DNA of 64,000 bases from Gammaproteobacteria bacterium (lineage in GTDB: Bacteria; Pseudomonadota; Gammaproteobacteria; WFUO01). How positions within the stretch are numbered: the stretch's first letter is position 1; every line of letters begins with the position of its first letter. The position numbers and the translations under genes were made by a program. The DNA lies in NCBI GenBank assembly GCA_015484945.1, contig WFUO01000060.1:2536-66535 (forward strand), written 5' to 3'. Shown one piece after another: positions 57,215 to 64,000 of this stretch. The notes under the pieces were generated by a model. It was not told the DNA's origin. It saw only the letters and a list, made by a program, of their open reading frames with translations, and searched no databases.

Positions 57215-59970
57215 AGCCGCTCGCCAGGCTGTCACCACGCGTGATCTACGCATTTGTAGCTGGCGGCCTGTTACTGTCACTGGTGTTGGGTGGCATTGTC
57301 ATCTGGCAGGATGTGGTACATAGCCGGCGCGAGTTCGAGCAGATGGCCGATGGTTATGCAAGCCGTGTCCTGCGCCGCCTGAACAGCAACGTGGCGGTAC
57401 TCAATAGCATACGCGCCATGACCTTCACGCTGGATGAGCCAGATGATGAGCAGTTCGCCCTGTTCAGCCGTGAAGTGCTGAGGCAGAACAGCCAGATCAG
57501 ATCGGTACGTTACCTGGTGCGGGTGAAAAGGAATGATCTCTCGACATTCGTTGCGGACATGCGCAAGCGTGGATATATCGATTTCCATGTCAAGGAGAGA
57601 AAGGGAAGGCGTTGGCAGCCTGTGAGCAGGCACGATATCTATTACGTGACCAAGTTTGTGGCGCCTTTCGAGCCGGTTCAGGTCCAGTTTCTGGGTCATG
57701 ACATGTTTTCTGATCCGCGGTTTCACAAGTCGATCTATGCGGCCATCAACAGCGGTGAGGCAGTTGCTTCGCCACCAGTCATGTTACCCAATGGAGAGCG
57801 GGGTTATTTTCTGTTTCAGGCAGTTTATGCGGGTGGAGAACGTCCGGACAAGCTGTCCGAGCGGCGCAGAAGCGCCACGCGCTTAGTCGCCATAGCGATC
57901 AGCATACGCACCCTCATGACCGGGCTCAACGATCGTAGTGGCCTTGGCACGGTCAGGCTGGAAGCGATGGATGGTACCAGCAAGCCATCTGCCATCATGT
58001 ATGACTATCGTGCCGGAAATGTGCCGGCTGCGAGCATATTGTTACCGGTATTTCACTTCAAGAGGCAATTGCTGAGTGGTGGACAGGTGTTCCGCCTGAG
58101 CATGGCGCGTCAAACCGACTTTGGTATTTTGCGGATTGACGTGATCATGATCGTCGTTTTCGCCACCTTGCTGTTTACCGGCCTGCTGTATTATATCCTG
58201 CGCATGACACTGGCAAACCGTGCCGCCCGGCACAAGGCTCAGGCAGAATTGTTCCGTGAAAGAGAGCGTGCCGCGGTTACACTGTATTCCATTGCCGATG
58301 CGGTCATCACAACGGATACTGATGGCAGGGTTGATTATATGAACCCAGTGGCAGAACGCATGACCGGTTGGAGCGCCAATGATGCCAGAGGCGCCCCGGT
58401 GGATATCGTCTTTTCCATTGTCAACGAGTCGTCTCGCAGCCGTTACGAGATCCCACTGCACGAATGTATCCGGCGTGGCAAGATCATCAAGCAGGAAAGT
58501 AACCTGGTGATTCTCAACCGTAATAACCAGCAGATACCCGTGTCGTTGTCAATTGCGCCGATTCGTGATCTCGATGGAGGCGTTAGCGGCACCGTGCTGA
58601 TTCTTCAGGATGTCAGTCAGTCACGTGAGATGTCCCGCAAGTTATTGTGGCAAGCCAGTCATGACGGGCTTACGGGGCTGGTCAACCGGCGTGAGTTTGA
58701 GCGGCGGTTGAAGTATGCGATTGAAACCGCGGGTAGCGAGATGGCAGCACGTTTTGTACTGTACATGGATCTCGACCGTTTCAAGGTCGTCAACGATACT
58801 TGTGGTCATGTCGCCGGTGATGCCATGCTCAAGCAGATCGCCGGTCTGCTCAAGCCGCTGGTTTCCGGCAAGGATACACTGGCCAGGCTGGGTGGGGATG
58901 AATTCGGCATTCTCCTGATCTGTGATACGTACGCTGATGCAGAACAGGTGGCCGAGCGTATCATAGACAAGGTCAAGAAATACCGTTTTTCATGGGAGGA
59001 CAAGACCTTCGAGATTGGCGTCAGTATTGGCATGGTGCGAATCATATCTGACGAGATATCCACTATCGATGCGCTGAGTCACGCCGATTCTGCCTGTTAT
59101 ATCGCCAAGGAACGTGGTGGCAACCGTGTACATGTCTATATGTCGGATGATGATGCCCTGCTCAAGCGTCATGGTGAGATGCAGTGGGTGCATCGCATTA
59201 CCCGGGCACATGAAGAATCCAGGTTTCGGCTTCATGTGCAACAGATAGTACCGCTCAACCGGAAGGAGGATGTCTATCATTACGAGATTCTTGTAAGGAT
59301 GATGGATGAGAATGGTGAGGAAATACTGCCGACATCCTTCATTGCCGCGGCAGAACGATACAATATGATCATAGATCTTGACAAATGGATCATTGAATCG
59401 GCCTTTTCGCATATCATTGACTATATCGCCTGCCGCCAGGCCAATCCGGTATTGCCACATCTGACTTTCTCGATCAATCTGTCGGGGCAGTCGATCAGCG
59501 ATCCTGGCATGATGCATTTTATTGCGGAAATGTTCGATCGCAATCCAGGCCTTGCCACTTGCGTGACCTTTGAGATTACTGAGACATTTGCGGTATCCAA
59601 CATGACCGAGGCGGGTGAATTCATTGCATTTCTGCGTGAGAAAGGTTGCCGGTTTGCGCTGGATGATTTTGGTACCGGTGTCAGCTCGTTTTCATACCTG
59701 AAGAACCTTGATGTGGACTATCTCAAGATTGATGGCGAATTCGTCAAGGATGTGAGTTGCGACCCGGTTGATTTCGCCATGGTTAGTTCCATCAATCACA
59801 TGGGGCATGTGATTGGCGTACGTACCGTAGCGGAATATGTCGAGAATGAGGCTGTCTATGAGTGTCTGAAGCAAATGGGGGTTGATTATGGTCAGGGTGT
59901 CTGGATGCAAGCCGTCGAACCCTTGAGTGATATGTTGCGCTCACATCTCGACAGATCACGGTCAGATTGA
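57205..59970 (+). CDS. CHASE-PAS-GGDEF-EAL diguanylate cyclase/phosphodiesterase
   Basis: ATG at 57205; TM, CHASE-like domain (FVAPFE..FLGHDM), TM, PAS (MNPVAERMTGW), HDGLTGLVNR, RLGGDEF, EILVR, DDFGTG, LKIDG and AEYVE. Confidence 0.92.
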
Positions 59971-59992
59971 AAGGAATGGATGTTGGAGGCGG

Positions 59993-60262
59993 TTATTCAC
60001 CGGGGCTGCGTGCATCGATGCTAAGGGCATGGATTTCCTTGTGCATGGCGTCACCCAGTGCTTCATAGACCATGCGATGTCGCTGAACCAGATTCTTGTC
60101 GTTGAAGGCATTGGCGACGATACGAACAATGAAATGGCCGCCACCTCCCTTTGCGCCTTCATGTCCGGCATGCTTGTGGCTTTCGTCGATGATCTCCAGC
60201 GATTGTGGCGACAGTGCATCGGTCAGACGTGTGCGGATCATCTCGATTCTCTGTTCATTCAT
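59993..60262 (-). CDS. bolA: BolA family protein
   Basis: [18 protein letters not shown] and IHAL. Confidence 0.92.
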   Translation of the reverse strand: MNEQRIEMIRTRLTDALSPQSLEIIDESHKHAGHEGAKGGGGHFIVRIVANAFNDKNLVQRHRMVYEALGDAMHKEIHALSIDARSPGE

Positions 60263-60558
60263 GGCAGTACCTTTCTGAAGGGTTTGACTGTCACCTTGCG
60301 GTACACGCCAGCCTTGACATAGGGATCGGCATCCGCCCAGGCCTGTGCGTCATCCAGTGAATCGAATTCGGCCACGATCAGGCTGCCGCTGAAACCTGCA
60401 TCACCCGGATCCTCGGCATCAATAGCCGGATTGGGGCCGGCCAGCACCAGGCGTCCCTGGTCACGCAGCGCCTGCAGGCGCTGCAGGTGCTCGGGACGTG
60501 CCTGCAAGCGTTTGTCAATACTGTTCTCGTGATCCACACCAACGATCATGTAGAGCAT
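60259..60558 (-). CDS. yciI: YciI family protein
   Basis: [21 protein letters not shown] and DPY. Confidence 0.93.
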   Translation of the reverse strand: MLYMIVGVDHENSIDKRLQARPEHLQRLQALRDQGRLVLAGPNPAIDAEDPGDAGFSGSLIVAEFDSLDDAQAWADADPYVKAGVYRKVTVKPFRKVLP

Positions 60559-60559
60559 C

Positions 60560-61114
60560 TCAGGAATCTTCCCCGGTTTCTTCAGGCTGTATGTGACGAG
60601 CCAGATAGATGAACTGGCCGATCATGAACAGGATTGTCAGGCCTATGGTACCGTAGAACTTGAAATTGACCCAGGCGTCGTTGCTGAAGTTCTTCATGAT
60701 GTACAGGTTCAGAAAACCGATAGCGAGAAAGAACAGTGCCCAGCTCAAATTGAGCCTGGCCCAGACATGGCGTGCCACGTTAATGGCCGAACCCATCATG
60801 TGTTCGACCAGCGGTTTGCGCAGGAACAGTGGGCTGAGAAGAAACACGATGCCGAACAGCCAGTTGATGATGCTGACTTTCCACTTGATGAAGCTTTCGT
60901 CGTGCAGCAGCAGGGTCAGGCCGCCGAACACCAGTATCAGTACCAGTGTGACCACGTGCATCTTTTCCAGCTTGCGGTGCCGCCACCAGTTGATGGACAT
61001 CTGCACGACTGTGGCCGCCATCAGTACGCCGGTGGCGACGAACATATCGCTGCCGCTGATCTTGTAGGCAATGAAAAACAGTATCAGGGGAAAGAGGTCG
61101 AACAGGATTTTCAT
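60560..61114 (-). CDS. yciB: Inner-membrane septation protein YciB/IspZ
   Basis: ATG at 61114; [25 protein letters not shown] and WVNFK. Confidence 0.94.
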   Translation of the reverse strand: MKILFDLFPLILFFIAYKISGSDMFVATGVLMAATVVQMSINWWRHRKLEKMHVVTLVLILVFGGLTLLLHDESFIKWKVSIINWLFGIVFLLSPLFLRKPLVEHMMGSAINVARHVWARLNLSWALFFLAIGFLNLYIMKNFSNDAWVNFKFYGTIGLTILFMIGQFIYLARHIQPEETGEDS

Positions 61115-61186
61115 GGGTTTCAGGGTTTGTCGGGACAGATACCCATTATATGTGAATTCAGGGGTGTGAGTACAACCCGGCTGGGT

Positions 61187-61192
61187 TAGAAT
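61187..61192 (+). promoter_or_regulatory. -10 element predicting a leaderless transcript
   Basis: TAGAAT followed by a 6-nt spacer and ATG 61199; no SD. Confidence 0.5.
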
Positions 61193-61198
61193 GGCTGG

Positions 61199-62050
61199 AT
61201 GAACCGTTGCTACGACCTGCATTCCCATTCCACGGCCTCGGACGGCACACTGACGCCGGCCGCGCTGGTTGCGCATGCCGCCGCGCAGGGTGTGGACGTC
61301 ATGGCACTGACCGATCATGACACGACCGCCGGCCTGGACGAAGCGAGGGACGCAGCCAGGCAGCATGGCATCGAACTCGTGCCCGGGGTCGAGATCTCGG
61401 TAACCTGGATGCGCAGGACCATTCATGTGGTCGGGCTGGGGATCGATCCGGGGCATGGGCCACTACAGGCCGGGTTGGCCAAACTGCGTGAATTCCGCGA
61501 CTGGCGCGCGCGTGAGATCGGCGAGCGCCTGCAGGCGGCAGGAATCGACGGGGCCTGGGAAGGCGCCTGCGCGCTCAGTGGCGGTGGACTGGTCGGGCGT
61601 ACCCATTTTGCCCGGTTCCTGGTTGCGCGGGGTCATGCGCGTAACATGCGTGAGGTCTTTCGCCGTTTTTTGGTGCGCAACCGTCCCGGCCATGTGGCCG
61701 GGCAATGGGCCACGCTGGAACAGGCGGTGGGGTGGATAACCGGCGCGGGCGGTCAGGCCGTGATCGCCCACCCTGCGCGCTATGGACTCACACGCACGCG
61801 CCTGCTGACGCTGATCGGTGAGTTCCGTGAATGTGGTGGCGAAGCCATCGAGGTCGTCTCCGGCAGTCATTCGCCTGACGAAGTGTCGGTGATGGCCCGT
61901 CATGCCAGGGATACCGGTCTGCTGGGTTCGGCCGGTTCAGACTATCATGGCCCGGAAAATCCGTGGATCGAGATGGGCCGCATCGCGCCGTTGCCAGAGG
62001 GCGTGATACCGATCTGGCGTCATTGGGCTGGCGTGCGCGAGGCGGTATGA
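61199..62050 (+). CDS. yciV: PHP-domain phosphoesterase/nuclease (YciV/TrpH, RNase AM family)
   Basis: DLHSHSTASDG, LTDHD, GVEIS, GRTHFA, AHP and GSDYHG. Confidence 0.9.
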   Translation: MNRCYDLHSHSTASDGTLTPAALVAHAAAQGVDVMALTDHDTTAGLDEARDAARQHGIELVPGVEISVTWMRRTIHVVGLGIDPGHGPLQAGLAKLREFRDWRAREIGERLQAAGIDGAWEGACALSGGGLVGRTHFARFLVARGHARNMREVFRRFLVRNRPGHVAGQWATLEQAVGWITGAGGQAVIAHPARYGLTRTRLLTLIGEFRECGGEAIEVVSGSHSPDEVSVMARHARDTGLLGSAGSDYHGPENPWIEMGRIAPLPEGVIPIWRHWAGVREAV

Positions 62051-62667
62051 GTCAGTTCTTCCAGATTCATCCCGACAACCCGCAGGCGCGGTTGATACGC
62101 CAGGCCGTGGATATTCTGCATGCGGGCAGGGTGATCGTCTATCCGACCGACTCTGCCTATGCGCTGGGTTGCCTGCTGGGCGACAAACAGGCCCTTGATA
62201 CCATGCGCCGTATCCGCCAGGTCGATGACCGGCACAATTTCACCCTGATGTGCCGAGATCTGTCAGAGATCGCCACCTATGCGCGTGTTGATAATCGTGC
62301 CTACCGGATTATGCGAAAACTGACCCCTGGCCCGTTCACGTTCATTTTTCGTGCCACCGGTGAAGTGCCGCGCCGGTTGATGCACCCCAAACGAAAGACC
62401 ATCGGTATCCGTGTGCCGGACAACCGGATTGCGCAGGCACTGCTCGAAGAGTTGGGAGAACCACTCATCAGCACCACACTGATTCTGCCGGGCGATGAGC
62501 TGCCGATGGTCGATCCCTGGGAGATACGCGAGCGCCTGCAGCACGACGTGGGATTGGTCATCGACGGCGGGGGTTGTGGGCTGGAGCCAACCACCGTGGT
62601 CAATATGCTCGAGGATCCGCCACAGGTCGTGCGCCAAGGAAAGGGGGACTTCAGCGAATTTGAATAA
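62047..62667 (+). CDS. yciO: Sua5/YciO family protein
   Basis: ATG at 62047; MSQFFQIHPDNPQ, YPTDSAY, TPGPFT and IGIRVPD. Confidence 0.93.
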   Translation: MSQFFQIHPDNPQARLIRQAVDILHAGRVIVYPTDSAYALGCLLGDKQALDTMRRIRQVDDRHNFTLMCRDLSEIATYARVDNRAYRIMRKLTPGPFTFIFRATGEVPRRLMHPKRKTIGIRVPDNRIAQALLEELGEPLISTTLILPGDELPMVDPWEIRERLQHDVGLVIDGGGCGLEPTTVVNMLEDPPQVVRQGKGDFSEFE

Positions 62668-62694
62668 ACCCGTCACAGTTGTCAGAATAGATCC

Positions 62695-62922
62695 ATGTCG
62701 ATACTCGTCTTTCTGTTTCTCGCCGCTGTGATGGCCAGCAGCTACTACGGGCTGTTGACCGTTGACCTGTTGCGCGAACGGCGCGTGAGCTGGCGCGAGC
62801 TGGTGAACTGGCAAGCCATTCGCGCCCAACGCAAACCGGTGCGCCTGACCCTGGCCGGAGCTTGGACCAGCCTGTTCATGCTGTTTTTTTTCAGCCTGGT
62901 TATTCTTTTAAAAGTTTTTTGA
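62695..62922 (+). CDS. Small two-TM hypothetical protein (75 aa)
   Basis: Two hydrophobic segments; fills the yciO-M50 gap; extended -10 TGtCAGAAT followed by a 6-nt spacer and the ATG. Confidence 0.55.
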   Translation: MSILVFLFLAAVMASSYYGLLTVDLLRERRVSWRELVNWQAIRAQRKPVRLTLAGAWTSLFMLFFFSLVILLKVF

Positions 62923-62971
62923 ATTCAATGACTAATATCATGTTATTAATACCGTTTCCAGGTCTGTGACA

Positions 62972-63664
62972 ATGGAATTCACCCTCATCCAGAAGATCAT
63001 GGTTTGGATTATACCGGTGTTGTTCGCGATCACCTTGCATGAAGTCGCGCATGGCTGGATCGCCAACCTGCTGGGCGACCCGACCGCGCGCATGCTTGGC
63101 CGTCTGAGCCTGAACCCGGTACGCCATATCGACCTGTTCGGAACCATCCTGATTCCGGCCTTTCTGCTGCTAACCACGGGTTTCGTGTTCGGTTACGCCA
63201 AGCCGGTACCGGTGACATGGGAGAACTTGCGCAGCCCTCGCCGTGACATGGCCGTGGTGGCCCTGGCCGGTCCCATGGCCAACCTGTTGATGGCGCTGTT
63301 CTGGGCCTTGGTAGTGAAGGCAGGACTGATGATCAATTCCGAGATGATGACGGTGTTCCTGGTCGCCACCGGCGTGGCCGGGATCTTCATCAACCTGGTT
63401 CTCATGGTCTTGAACCTGTTGCCGTTACCGCCTCTGGACGGCGGACGTATCGTCAATGGCCTGCTGCCGGCATCGGTGTCGCGCCAGTACAGTCAGATCG
63501 AGCCATGGGGGCTGATCATTCTCGTCGTGCTGATGGTTACTGGCGTGCTGGGCAAGATCATCGGTCCGCCGATATACTATCTGCTAGACCTGATCAGTGG
63601 CGTGGCCGGGATCTCGGACGCCAAGCTGATGGCGGTACTCTATCTACTGGGACTCTATAAATAG
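62972..63664 (+). CDS. Site-2 protease (peptidase M50)
   Basis: HEVAH, GDPTA...GRLSLNP, AGP and NLLPLPPLDG. Confidence 0.94.
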   Translation: MEFTLIQKIMVWIIPVLFAITLHEVAHGWIANLLGDPTARMLGRLSLNPVRHIDLFGTILIPAFLLLTTGFVFGYAKPVPVTWENLRSPRRDMAVVALAGPMANLLMALFWALVVKAGLMINSEMMTVFLVATGVAGIFINLVLMVLNLLPLPPLDGGRIVNGLLPASVSRQYSQIEPWGLIILVVLMVTGVLGKIIGPPIYYLLDLISGVAGISDAKLMAVLYLLGLYK

Positions 63665-63671
63665 GAGCGAC

Positions 63672-64000
63672 ATGAGCGCAGAACAACGCGTCCTTTCGGG
63701 CATGCGCCCGACCGGGGCCTTGCACCTGGGACACTACCACGGCGTATTGCAGAACTGGATCCGCCTGCAGCACGAGTATGAATGCTTTTTTTTCGTTGCC
63801 GACTGGCATGCCCTGACGACCCACTACGAAGACACTGCCGACATGTCCACCAATGTCTGGGATATGGTCGTCGATTGGTTGGCAGCTGGTGTCAACCCCG
63901 GGTCGGCGCGGCTGTTCATTCAATCACGCGTGCCGGAGCACGCCGAACTGCATTTGCTGTTGTCGATGATCACACCATTGGGCTGGCTCGAGCGCGTACC
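63672..64000 (+). CDS. trpS: Tryptophanyl-tRNA synthetase (3' truncated by window edge)
   Basis: SD AGGAG; ATG at 63672; translation MSAEQRVLSGMRPTGALHLGHYHG...VADWHALT...FIQSRVPEHAEL. Confidence 0.95.
   Translation, partial: MSAEQRVLSGMRPTGALHLGHYHGVLQNWIRLQHEYECFFFVADWHALTTHYEDTADMSTNVWDMVVDWLAAGVNPGSARLFIQSRVPEHAELHLLLSMITPLGWLERV

Overview
This window is core chromosome from a GC-rich gammaproteobacterium. CbbY, a DsrE-family lipoprotein, a split nuoC/nuoD complex I, smc and a short QueF suggest a Chromatiales/Thiotrichales-like sulfur-oxidising autotroph (inference). It is mostly housekeeping, in order: carB'-greA-DUF4149, yhbY, rlmE-ftsH-folP-glmM-tpiA-secG-tRNA-Leu, nuoA-N-DUF2818, tRNA-fMet-rimP-nusA-infB-rbfA-truB-rpsO-pnp, yheT/acs, dksA-gluQ, cbbY-aminotransferase, FGGY kinase/queF, smc-zipA-ligA, bolA-yciI-yciB, and PHP-yciO-M50-trpS'. 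I saw no mobile element, prophage, CRISPR array or defence system. The best candidate for an uncharacterised system is a three-gene block between the nuo operon and tRNA-fMet. It encodes a Cache-type histidine kinase with a lone periplasmic Cys, a sigma-54 activator and a DsrE-family lipoprotein, and much of its wiring is readable in the DNA: a -24/-12 promoter, IHF-like sites, a shared 12-bp operator and a probable leaderless kinase promoter. Other points of interest are a transporter-less binding protein coupled to a CHASE-PAS-GGDEF-EAL enzyme, a secreted beta-propeller/phosphodiester-glycosidase fusion, a DksA with an 80-aa histone-H1-like tail, a two-Cys hypothetical behind gluQ, and several apparent leaderless genes. 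All family calls come from motif recognition by eye; no searches were run.
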